A stretch of DNA of 64,000 nucleotides, from contig CP120457.1 of NCBI GenBank assembly GCA_034226945.1, positions 868,001 through 932,000 of the forward strand. The letters are read 5' to 3'. Every line of letters starts with the position of its first letter. Positions within the stretch are counted from its first letter, which is position 1. Source of the DNA: Picochlorum sp. SENEW3. Lineage: Eukaryota. The notes beneath the pieces are model-generated. The model had not been told where the DNA came from, did not search any database, and was given only the letters and a program-made list of their open reading frames with translations. Positions 33,895 through 43,837 of this stretch are shown here, in pieces. The position numbers were made by a program, and so were the translations under genes.

Positions 33895-34508
33895 TTTGAA
33901 CCCGGGACCCATCGGTCACTGAGTCTGTAACATGTCATTTTTTCAAGATACAATACCCGTGTATTTTGCACGCCGAGGCTCCGAAATAGCGAATCAGACC
34001 GCCCCATGGTATGCTGAAGAAGCAAGAGAGTGCAAAAACCGGGGCCGACACAAAATTGATGTTGTGTGGGTGGCATTCTCGTGAGAAAACCCGGCTGCCT
34101 GTGCGACTGAGGAAGCTTGGGGTGTCAATGAGAAGCGCCCTGGTTCCTTCCTGGTGGCCCGTGCCTATCAGGAGACAGAGCAGTGGCCACCAGCTGGGTG
34201 TCCAGATACCATTCCAGGCATGGGAGCATTGCGCTCACTAAAAACTCACTCCCACACCTCGGGATGGGATCACCCAACACCTTGGCATCGACTGGTTGTT
34301 CTGGGACTAGGATCCTATGGCCTTTTTAACGATGACATCCTACAGAATTCCACTCTAGGAGCTCCTTTGCTCAAGTCAAAGTCAATCCGGATACTGGTTA
34401 CAAAACCAATCAAACAGAAGAAGAACATGGGCATGCGCAATTCAAAGGAGCAAGAAGAACAAGCAAACAAACAAAAAAAGAACACTATACAGCAGAAATA
34501 CAACTACA

Positions 34509-34946
34509 TCAGTCCTGAAGAAGCTCCAGTCTCACCATACATACCGGGCACTTGTTGCTCCTCTCCAACCATTCATACACACACTGCATGTGAAAGTGAT
34601 GCCCACATGCAGTGACAACCCTTGGATTCTCCTCATCATACATTTCTAGGCATGTAGGGCACACATCCTCTTCATTCTGAGAGAACATGGGTGAGGATAC
34701 AATTGCATTCTTGTCCTCAGATGCCCCATAAAAATCCGAGGAAATCCTCCGTGGCTGGACTATACCCTCTTCGCTCCTGCGGAGCAACCCAGCCCGTTCC
34801 TCGTCCCTCCTAGCCACCATGTGACTGTTCTGTACATAGTGAGAATCATCTCCTCCAAAGCAGCAGCAACACATTGTTTTGACTAAAACGGTCAGGAGCG
34901 TGTCGCCCCTCGAAATACTAGTAGGGCTACCACTGCTCTGCTCCAT
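34509..34946 (-). CDS. RING-H2 E3 ubiquitin ligase
   Basis: CPTCLE...CGHHFHMQCVYEWLERSNKCPVC; N-terminal Cys cluster. Confidence 0.9.
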   Translation of the reverse strand: MEQSSGSPTSISRGDTLLTVLVKTMCCCCFGGDDSHYVQNSHMVARRDEERAGLLRRSEEGIVQPRRISSDFYGASEDKNAIVSSPMFSQNEEDVCPTCLEMYDEENPRVVTACGHHFHMQCVYEWLERSNKCPVCMVRLELLQD

Positions 34947-35333
34947 ACCCGCAATGTGTATTTCAAACTATACAAATATGAGGGATATACAAGGGTGGTT
35001 GTTCTGCTCGCAGCCTGCTCCCTGTCCTCTTTTAATCGCCTCGTTCTAACTTTTGTTTTCTTCTTCTTCTTCCTCTCTCTTTCTCTCTCTTCCAGTACTA
35101 CTACTGCGACAGTGAATGCGCCTTTGTATCTAAAGTTCCGAAAAACTATGCTTTATTTCAAGCAGTGTCGTGAGACACATTGCCAATTCATGAGTGTGGG
35201 TTGAACCAATGAAACCAAGTTGGTTTCAGCACTATCCAACTCGTAAGAGATCTAGATCTCATGGGTCAATGCAATACTATTGATCGACAATGCGCTTGAT
35301 ACATCAACAGGAAAAGAATATTTAATAATAAAT

Positions 35334-36224
35334 ATGGCTAGTACAGTATTGGCCGATGATAGAACAGCATTGCAAGAATTTGGGAAACAGTACCCCACGG
35401 CTGCTGGTTTTGCTGCCAGTTCTGCCAGCGTTGCCACTGCCACATTCCTTACAAACTGGATCGATGTCATAAAAGTTCGACAACAGCTTGCTGGGAATGA
35501 AAGCAGAAATATGGCATCGACGCTGGTGGATATTGTGAGGGGGGAAGGGGTGATGGCACTAAACAAGGGAGTGACCCCAGCTGTGGCCAGGGGTATGCTT
35601 TATGGAGGGATGAGAATAGGACTATACACTCCCATCAAGCAGGTGTTATCACCCGAAGATAATTCATTAATTATCAAAATAGCATCTGGTATGACGAGTG
35701 GTAGTATAGCTGCTGCAGTGTGCAATCCAACAGACTTGGTCAAGACGAGAATGCAGGCTGCAAGCAATCAAGGAACACAGCGCTCTCCCATGCAAGTTGC
35801 GCGGTCTATTGTCCAGACAGAAGGAGTCAAAGGCCTTTGGAAAGGGACAACACCTAGTATGATGAGAGCAGCTTTATTAACTGCGGCACAATGTGCCACA
35901 TACGACGAGGTCAAAACATTTTTCACTCGGTCCCTTCAGTGGGATGATGGCATCAAGACACACCTTGCTGTCAGTGGGGTTGCTGGCCTCGTGACGACAA
36001 CGGTGATTGCACCAGTTGACATGGTAAAGACACATATGTTTATGAATCAGTCGTCTGAAGGCACAACGTTTACCAAGTGCTTTGCGGATATCTATCGTTC
36101 TCAGGGTCTGAGAGGGTTGTTCAAAGGATGGAGTGCCAATTGGGCCAGACAGGGCCCCATGACAACCGTCGTTTTTGTAGTCAATGAGGCAATCCGACCT
36201 GCATTTGGATTGCATTCTTTATAA
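35334..36224 (+). CDS. Mitochondrial carrier (UCP/oxoglutarate-carrier-like)
   Basis: Three carrier repeats (WIDVIKVRQQ, PTDLVKTRMQ, PVDMVKT) and EGVKGLWKG. Confidence 0.92.
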   Translation: MASTVLADDRTALQEFGKQYPTAAGFAASSASVATATFLTNWIDVIKVRQQLAGNESRNMASTLVDIVRGEGVMALNKGVTPAVARGMLYGGMRIGLYTPIKQVLSPEDNSLIIKIASGMTSGSIAAAVCNPTDLVKTRMQAASNQGTQRSPMQVARSIVQTEGVKGLWKGTTPSMMRAALLTAAQCATYDEVKTFFTRSLQWDDGIKTHLAVSGVAGLVTTTVIAPVDMVKTHMFMNQSSEGTTFTKCFADIYRSQGLRGLFKGWSANWARQGPMTTVVFVVNEAIRPAFGLHSL

Positions 36225-36249
36225 TTTTATATTCCATCCTAATTGTGTA

Positions 36250-36636
36250 ATGAGTATTCGGCAGAAGAGATTCGGAGCAACAGTGCTCAGAACGATGCAA
36301 GCAGTCTTGCAGAAGAATGACACGCTGTTTCAAAGTCTTGTCAAGGATGGGGGCATTTGCTTTCGAGAGATCCGCATGTCCCCTGATAATACAAAGGCAT
36401 TTGTTTTATGGGATACGTACAAGGAGGATACCATGCATGCGAGTGAGGTGTTGCGACAACACACTGGTACCCTGAAACACCTTGTCAGCAAAGCCTTGGC
36501 GACGAAAAAGGCTCCTTATTTTGAGTTTGTAGCAAACTTTGACGATGAGGTTGTTCGTCGGCGAGAAGAGTATGGCAAATTACAGAGAAAGCTCGATGGA
36601 ATCCGTCTAGAAGACAGTGATCAATCAATTTTATGA
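36250..36636 (+). CDS. Ribosome-binding factor A (RbfA)-like protein
   Basis: RQKRF..., EIRMSPDNTKAFVLW and LKHLVSKAL..KKAPYFEFV match the RbfA pattern. Confidence 0.7.
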   Translation: MSIRQKRFGATVLRTMQAVLQKNDTLFQSLVKDGGICFREIRMSPDNTKAFVLWDTYKEDTMHASEVLRQHTGTLKHLVSKALATKKAPYFEFVANFDDEVVRRREEYGKLQRKLDGIRLEDSDQSIL

Positions 36637-37518
36637 CTGATGCGTCTATTCAAATATTGATGCTTGAAACGAATGATTCTTTGAACGAGATAGCTGGACC
36701 CCAACCCCATGAGAGAGAGGCCAAGATAGGCTACCCAAACGGGATGACCAGTCTTTTTGCTCGTGTCTAGGAAGGGATAGATGGCTTGTCCAGTGAAGGA
36801 AAAGAAGATGAGCGACCATATGCCAAACAGAATGCTCCAGAGAGCGACGACGCCGTGGCTCCAACTATTGGAATTAGGAATTGTATTGAGCAGGAATTCT
36901 CCAAACATGATGATGGCATTCCCTCCATGCTGCATGTAACTAATTGGGCTGTACATGACTGTTCTCCAGTGAAGTGCTCTCTCAGGGTCTGGTACATTCA
37001 CGAGCATGGGCGTTAATATTGTCCATGTCACCACATCAATAAACAGTGTCATCGGTAGAATGGCATGGAACAGTGAGACCAAGAGCCGATCGACAATGGT
37101 GGTTGTCTTGTGCCTCTTCTCTTCCTTTCCTGCTGCTGGTACGAGTTGATGCTGTATACTGGAGATGGATCCAAGGAAAAAATAGACTATGATTGCAATC
37201 CAATTCCATACTGTAAAATACCTCAATGCTCTCAAACTACGATAGGTGAGCTGTATGTACTGCACAGCAAATGTGACCAGAAACATGCACACTCTGTACA
37301 CTAGTAGAATCCATGGCTTGCCAGTGCTTGACAAGGTCGTATGGTGATTTCCTATGCTCGTAATCTCCTGAGCACCCTGCAGTAGTACGATGAATGGTTA
37401 TACTGGGTACACAAGGGTACTTCTCGTTGAACATTTGGAGACGTGCCTTTGTCAAGAACTTGGCACACACAATACAGCCTACGAGTTTAAACAGGATCAC
37501 CGATAGAGGAATCACCAT
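36621..37518 (-). CDS. Multi-pass membrane protein (rolling stone / AIG1-FAR17a-like); 5' exon structure uncertain
   Basis: RYFTVWNW, YMQHGGN and IYPFLD motifs with about 6 hydrophobic segments. Confidence 0.65.
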
Positions 37519-37744
37519 TATGACGGGTTTCCGTGATGGTTGGACCCATTAAATTTCAAGTATATGGGGTATTTAGTCAATGCTGTGGCAATAGAGATGC
37601 GGTTTTATGACGTCAGATGCGAATGTTCCTAATTTTGACCACCGGTGAAGATCTAGATCTCCAGTGGTCTTTTAGACATTGATCCAAGGGGAAAGATTCC
37701 AGCATTCGTACTGAAATCAGTAGTATAATTTAATAAATGATAGG

Positions 37745-39139
37745 ATGACGGATGCTGATGATGTATCCGTGCTTCTTTCGTACAGTAAAGATTCGAACAC
37801 ATGCAGACAGTTCGTGATTCCTGCATTGGACAACATATTGAAGGAATGCAAAGAAATTCTATCTCAATATAGTAGTGAGAAGAAGAATGCCGAGGTAAAA
37901 CTGTATCAGAGGCTTTGTATTCTGAGGAATGTCTTTGCGTTTGCTGACAGTTGTACGATACAGTCCTTGCTCGAGAGTGGATTGCTGAGGCTGTTGCAAG
38001 CGGCGATAGAGTACACATCATCAATGGAAGATGATGGGAGGATACGGAGGGTGGTGTCGCAGTTGATTGCCAATGCGACGACATCGTCAGAGGCATGGTG
38101 TGGGGCTGTGGCTGAAAACATGTTCCCCAAAGGGTATTTCTTGTTGATGGGAGGCTCGGCGTGTGAGGGTGCTTTGGCATTATCTTTGTATAATATGTGT
38201 ATGCGTTTAGGAAGTGGGTTTATGGAATGTCTCGTGGTTGACAACCCAAAGGTGGTGGCCAATCTCTTGTTGCTGACAGACCGACAGGCACAGCAAGGTG
38301 ATGATTCTCGTGATGAGTATGATGAACTCGATTTGCTTCTTGTTCATCTGTGTCTCAAACATGATTATCTTGAAAAGTTGATCGATGGTATCGGTGATGA
38401 CGGTTTGAAATATGCTTCCGCACTGCTTCCTAGGATATTGTCTGGGCTCATTGCGAGACATGACCAGGAAGAAGAAAAAAAAGAGGCAATCACTGCCAGT
38501 CCTAATGCACAGCACGCAGGATGCCGATGGATGTTTGAAAATATTGTGACAGAAGTTGGACGCGTGGAAGGAAGGTACAAAAACGAGGCCACATCGTTGC
38601 AGATCCAAGTGATGAGGGATTCCATACAGATTTTTAGGGAGATTGCTGCGCTCCAAGATGATGGCCTTGCATTGACTGGTGGGATATCGCTCGCAAATGA
38701 ATTCATCAATGCTCAAATTCTTGAAACCTTGTTAGTCATGCTGGAATCTTTGGACCAGGGTACCACAGGCAGCTGCAGAATAGTCCAATCACACCTGTGG
38801 ACTCACACTGAATTCCGACGGGCACAACTATATCCTGGTTTTATTAGTGATATCCTCTCTGTTATAGCCAATGCATGCTATCGAAGGAAACGGGTTCAGG
38901 AGCATGTTGTTGAGTTGCACGGCATCATGGTGATTTTGAATCACCTTCAAGGCAACTCTGGTTCCCCATTAGCCAGAGAATGGGCACTATGGGCAGTTCG
39001 AAACCTCTGTGAAACGAGTGCTGAAGCACGGCAAGCAATACAAGAGCTGCAAAAGATAGATGATGCTCCTGTACCTGGGGACTATGATGTTGTGTATGAA
39101 AAAGAACATGGCAGGCTGAAGATTGGACTGAAACAATGA
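37745..39139 (+). CDS. ATXN10: Ataxin-10 family ARM-repeat protein
   Basis: C-terminal IANACY...VQEHVVELHGI..IL...PLAREWALWAVRNLCE. Confidence 0.85.
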   Translation: MTDADDVSVLLSYSKDSNTCRQFVIPALDNILKECKEILSQYSSEKKNAEVKLYQRLCILRNVFAFADSCTIQSLLESGLLRLLQAAIEYTSSMEDDGRIRRVVSQLIANATTSSEAWCGAVAENMFPKGYFLLMGGSACEGALALSLYNMCMRLGSGFMECLVVDNPKVVANLLLLTDRQAQQGDDSRDEYDELDLLLVHLCLKHDYLEKLIDGIGDDGLKYASALLPRILSGLIARHDQEEEKKEAITASPNAQHAGCRWMFENIVTEVGRVEGRYKNEATSLQIQVMRDSIQIFREIAALQDDGLALTGGISLANEFINAQILETLLVMLESLDQGTTGSCRIVQSHLWTHTEFRRAQLYPGFISDILSVIANACYRRKRVQEHVVELHGIMVILNHLQGNSGSPLAREWALWAVRNLCETSAEARQAIQELQKIDDAPVPGDYDVVYEKEHGRLKIGLKQ

Positions 39140-39145
39140 ATTTAT

Positions 39146-40285
39146 TTATTTATTTATTTGCCTTTTTGGAATGACTCTATGTAAAGCTTCTTCCCAAGAT
39201 GCTCCACCGTGGACAGTAATAAGAGCCTCCACGACAGCATTCACATTCAACACCAACTTTGGCTTTGAAGGATAATATTCTTTGAGCGGAAGTCTGCGAC
39301 ACTCGATACCATTCTCTTGGGCAAATCGAGATGTTGCATGCTTCTTGATGGTCCGATCTACTAGTCCTCCAACAATGTATATCTTTGACTCGTCAATATC
39401 GATAAGCGGCTCTGTGGCATCTGGAGACAACACACACATGTTGCTCTGCTCATTGCTGAAAACATCCAATGCAGATTCATGACACAAGTGCGCTTTCCAT
39501 CGATCTGCCCTCATTGTTTCGACACAAAATCTCTCCAACTCTCCCTTGAATGACACAAAATGCAACGATACTGGCCGTATAGCTCTCTTATTTGCGCCAA
39601 TCGAGTACTGCAACTGACGTGCAAGTGAGTGCATCTCTCTCAAACTTCCCTTCTCTCCAAATCCGCATTCCACGGCTACTTTCAACCCATACCGATATCC
39701 TTGCTCCACGGCTTTTTCTTGTCTCATCTTTTTACCCACACCAATATGCCAAATCTCATCCTCTTTTTGCACAATCTCCTCCTCTGTCAGATCCTTATAG
39801 GCTTCTCTCTGAGCCTCCAACTTCACCAGCTGCCTCTTTTCCCTCACAATCTTGTTCCTCTGGGTCCTAATCTTATTCTTCACCCATCGACGAAGCTCCC
39901 AAAACGTGGCCGGCAACTCTCTCTTCTTCATCTGCACCATTCATGAAATATCGACATGTGAACATGAATTCATGAACCATTTGAATAAAACTAATGAATT
40001 TGCTTCAGTGTTACTTCATACCTGCAGGAATTTCAGATCCTTGTTCACACACAGATGCACCATATCGACAATCGTAAATCTGTCGTCCTCAAAATTCTTC
40101 AATGTGTGCTCCTCACGCAACTCTGCTACTGACACTGGTAAACACTGACCAGCAACCACAGCTCCCTCTGCCTTCAAATGTCTCTCCTGGCACTCAAAGT
40201 CCCGTCTCAGAAATTCAAACAAATTCTCTGTGTAATCCTGAATTCTCTGTCTTGCACATTCTCGTTCGCGCTCGTCCTGTGTCAT
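39146..40285 (-). CDS. TRM10: tRNA m1G9 methyltransferase (Trm10 family); exons 40285-40022, 39931-39146
   Basis: SLARQL, LSPDA, YIVGGLVDR, RLPL and VLNVN motifs; ORF 40016-40285 ends at CAG|GTATGA and splices in phase to TGCAG|ATG. Confidence 0.88.
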
Positions 40286-40649
40286 TCTCAGCTGCCCTGT
40301 TCAAGCCATGCACCAGCTGACAGCCGCAGACACCATCTACATAGACTGATGTTTATCAACTAGCCATTCATTCATATTAATAATTCATATACAAATTGAT
40401 TAATATGACGCATGAGACACCAACAGTTTCGTAAATAGAAATTAAAAGGCATGAACTGGACAGTTGTTGGGATTGTGTCCAGACTTTCGAGCATTACGTA
40501 TTATTCGAACTTTATGATTATCTAGTACTGTTCATTCACGGATACCTTGCTGATATCTGGTGGGTGATACCGGTACACACCGTGTCTGTTGCGGTTCCGC
40601 TGGAATCAGTGTTGGTTTGTGATTTTAAAAATACTCGCGGATACGAACA

Positions 40650-42401
40650 ATGGATACGGTTATTCGACACACTCCTTCTCCATACGAATCTACTATTCCT
40701 TCCTTGAATAGACAAGCGGGGGAGGAGGACACGGCGTTGCGAAGGAGCCTTGAAGACACCTCTGAAGACCCAACGAGCAAATTTGACCTTTTACAGCCTC
40801 TGGGGAGGGGATCGTATGGTTCTGTGTACAAGGCACGGTTGTTAGATACTGGTGATATTGTAGCAGTAAAGATTATACCTTTGACGGACAATGATGAGAT
40901 TGATAGTATTCAGAAGGAGATTTCTATTCTGAGGGATTGTAATCATCCAAATATTGTGAGGTATTATGGTAGTTGGAGAGCGCCGGATGCACTATGGATC
41001 GCCATGGAATACTGTGCTGGTGGTAGTGTGAGTGACGTGATTCATGCGTTGGAGCGGCCTCTGGAGGAAAGCGTGATTGCGTATATTTGTGGGGAAGTGC
41101 TACAAGGACTGTCATACCTGCACCTTTCTGGCAGAGTGCATAGGGATATCAAGTGTGGTAATGTGCTGCTCACGGAGCAAGGAGAAGTGAAGCTTGCTGA
41201 TTTTGGCGTTGCGGCGCAGCTCACATCGACCCTGTCCAAGAGAAATACATTCATAGGAACACCTCATTGGATGGCACCAGAAGTTATTCAGGCAAGCAGT
41301 TATGATGGCAAAGTGGATGTGTGGGCTCTTGGGATCACAGCCATTGAGATGGCGGAGATGTATCCTCCACGATGGCGAGTAAATCCGAATAGAGTGATTT
41401 TTATGGTTGTGAGGGATCCAGCACCCCATTTGGCAAACAGGGAGACATGGACACTGTCATTTCAGGACTTTATTTCTCAGTGCCTGACAAAGGAAGCAAA
41501 GTCAAGGCCTACAACTCGACTCCTACAGCAGCATAGGTTTGTGAGCTCGAATACAACCGAGGGTATGCGGAAAATTCTTCCCCTGATCAAACTGGCAAGA
41601 GATGCATATCAGGCATTGCTTGAGAAAGAAAAGGACAAGCAAATATTAAGAGGAAGCCTCGCTGGCCAGTCGATAGAGTCTGTTACTAGTATGCGTGAGA
41701 ATAGTTATCCGAGGCAAGGAATGCAACAGTCTGGAACAGTGATGCAGAAGAAACTGAGCAGCCCAGCAGCACAAGGGACTGTGGTCATTCGGCAGGAAAG
41801 CACCAAGGCAAGCCCTGCTGTCGAGAAGGAACAGCCATCGGGCACCATGGATGATTATTCAAAAGCAATACAAGCATTAGAAACAGAAGAATTCGAGTTA
41901 AATAACGGAGATATCATGCCTGGAGCATCTGTACCACCAGGCATGCGGGACCATGTCATGTCAAGTAGAAACAAAATGGTGGAAAGATTATTCACGATTC
42001 AGAGTGGGGGCGCCGTTGTCCCATTGCCTGTTGTGAAAGCTACTGATATCGCTCCTCTCTCTCATATACGATACGATGTCTTTGATATTCAGCATAGACT
42101 GGGCACAGGGTCGACAGAGGCTGCATATGACGGTAGCAATCCATGGAAACAAGACTTGATGGCTATATTGGAGAGTGCAGAAGATGGTTCTGGGTCATAT
42201 TCTGATGAATCAGGCAAACTATCACCAGATATCATATTTGAGAGGGTGCATGCGAGCCCCACACTTCTCTGTTTGGCAAATGCACTGCATGCTCATAAAC
42301 AAGCAATACATGCCCTGCCAATTTCCTCATCAGTTCACGAAGAGATACAGGGACAGATAGATTCCTTGATTGATACACTGCGCACTATACTTTGCTTGTA
42401 A
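40650..42401 (+). CDS. STE20/MAP4K (MST/SIK1-like) Ser/Thr kinase
   Basis: LGRGSYGSVYKA, HRDIKCGN, KLADFGVAAQL and KRNTFIGTPHWMAPE motifs. Confidence 0.92.
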   Translation: MDTVIRHTPSPYESTIPSLNRQAGEEDTALRRSLEDTSEDPTSKFDLLQPLGRGSYGSVYKARLLDTGDIVAVKIIPLTDNDEIDSIQKEISILRDCNHPNIVRYYGSWRAPDALWIAMEYCAGGSVSDVIHALERPLEESVIAYICGEVLQGLSYLHLSGRVHRDIKCGNVLLTEQGEVKLADFGVAAQLTSTLSKRNTFIGTPHWMAPEVIQASSYDGKVDVWALGITAIEMAEMYPPRWRVNPNRVIFMVVRDPAPHLANRETWTLSFQDFISQCLTKEAKSRPTTRLLQQHRFVSSNTTEGMRKILPLIKLARDAYQALLEKEKDKQILRGSLAGQSIESVTSMRENSYPRQGMQQSGTVMQKKLSSPAAQGTVVIRQESTKASPAVEKEQPSGTMDDYSKAIQALETEEFELNNGDIMPGASVPPGMRDHVMSSRNKMVERLFTIQSGGAVVPLPVVKATDIAPLSHIRYDVFDIQHRLGTGSTEAAYDGSNPWKQDLMAILESAEDGSGSYSDESGKLSPDIIFERVHASPTLLCLANALHAHKQAIHALPISSSVHEEIQGQIDSLIDTLRTILCL

Positions 42402-42417
42402 TACAAATGACCGGGTT

Positions 42418-43164
42418 TCATGCAAAATCCGAAATAATGTTGTTGGCAACATCCCGCAATGCATCTTCTCCAGACAAAGTATTCGCACCGCGGTACCACT
42501 CACAAAGGTCTTCAAATTCATCAATATCTCTCAAAGAAGGAATGCCAGCATCTTCCGAAGACACGACAAGGTACCCAGCCCTCCCAAGTGCCTGTGATGT
42601 CTCTCCCAAGACTGCATCCGTACTCCATGGAATCCCATCCAAGGCACCTTCTTGTATACTCATACCACAGCAATCTACAATCATGGCGTAAAATCCACCA
42701 TCCAGAGAAGGTCCCAGCACCGCTGCACTCCTCTTCGTCTCCTCAGATGCATGTAACACTGCATCAATTGCCTTTTCTACAATACAGCCTTCCAGTTCAG
42801 GCACATCAGTCCCAACGATGCCAATGATCGAGTACCCCTTACCACGAACCACTCGAAACGCATCTATAATACGATCGCCGAGATTATCAGATTGCTTTTG
42901 CGCACACATGTCCTCAATCAATGCAGAACATCCAATAGTACCAAGCCAGTTCCCTACTTCTTCCTTCTCTTCTGCAACAGAATAGAATACAAAGCACCTT
43001 GCCCTCCCTCTGATGCCATGCATTCTTCTCAAAACCCTTTTCGCACATTCTTCGTATACTGAACATGCATTATCAGCTCCAATGCGTCTCGCCAACCGAC
43101 TCTTCACCTGGCCAGGCTTTGGGCAGCGCAGAAAGACAATCACAGCTACCTCTGTAGAGGTCAT
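42418..43164 (-). CDS. DUF2064 / TIGR04282-type glycosyltransferase-like protein
   Basis: PKPGQVKSRL, NLGDRI..AF, VGTDVP, VLGPSLDGGFY, IPWST and LRDIDEFEDL motifs. Confidence 0.85.
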   Translation of the reverse strand: MTSTEVAVIVFLRCPKPGQVKSRLARRIGADNACSVYEECAKRVLRRMHGIRGRARCFVFYSVAEEKEEVGNWLGTIGCSALIEDMCAQKQSDNLGDRIIDAFRVVRGKGYSIIGIVGTDVPELEGCIVEKAIDAVLHASEETKRSAAVLGPSLDGGFYAMIVDCCGMSIQEGALDGIPWSTDAVLGETSQALGRAGYLVVSSEDAGIPSLRDIDEFEDLCEWYRGANTLSGEDALRDVANNIISDFA

Positions 43165-43394
43165 GAGGCATTCTTCATTTTTAATTAAAATTTTGACACC
43201 TGGATCCTCGGCGACTCTGGACTATGAGGCAACGTGATGGGGTCGAAAGATTGGACAGAGTAATTCGTTAATCACCGTTGACTTTGGTCCACGTCCATTC
43301 TTGTAGGTCATATAGAGCAGATTAGCCTCTATAAATCAGACAAATATATATTAAATAGTTTCATTTACCATAAAGGATCATTAAACGTGCCATC

Positions 43395-43758
43395 ATGTCT
43401 GATAATAAGGCTCTGTTGGGAGATTACGAAGAGAAGCCTGATATTTGGGCCAGTGCGGTGCGTGCTTGTGTTTTCATACATACGGAATGATTTTCTATCA
43501 ATGATATTTATATGTAAAATCAGCATTGAAGAAGGCTGAAGACGAGGAACGGCCCAGGACTCACACCCTCAGTTTCTTCCTTTCCCACTGTAGGCTCATA
43601 ACAAAATTCCAGATGATGCTTGGGAGTATCAGATCAGGAAATCATTGAATGATGCTGCATACAATGGTTTGGATTATGTCCCATACTGCTCGACAATGCC
43701 TGTGCAGGAGCATTGTGAGGATCCAAAGTTTATGTGGAAGAAGAAGGGCACCAAATAG
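43395..43758 (+). CDS. 75-aa spliced hypothetical microprotein; exons 43395-43457, 43594-43758; absent from ORF track
   Basis: Phase-0 GTGCGT...TGTAG intron gives MSDNKALLGDYEEKPDIWASAAHNKIPDDAWEYQIRKSLNDAAYNGLDYVPYCSTMPVQEHCEDPKFMWKKKGTK; TGTAA downstream at about 43806. Confidence 0.7.
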
Positions 43759-43837
43759 GTGTCTTGTTGTTTGTCTTGCATCGCCTACGATGTATTTTCA
43801 CTGGTTGTAAGATTCATACATTAATATTTAAATTTAT

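Noticed and set aside
33821..33916. Circularly permuted tRNA
   Set aside because: The upstream fragment lacks the T-stem 3' strand and acceptor strand, and its anticodon-stem half does not pair with the downstream 5' half; the tRNA-Phe is complete by itself
34060..34260. Telomerase RNA, SRP or RNase P/MRP identity for the structured region
   Set aside because: No CTAAACCCT-type template, the CAGG...AGCAG spacing is wrong for SRP helix 8, and no P4-forming CR-I/CR-V pair was found; kept only as an unassigned candidate
40016..40285. Separate 89-aa gene
   Set aside because: It ends at a splice donor and joins the Trm10 ORF in phase
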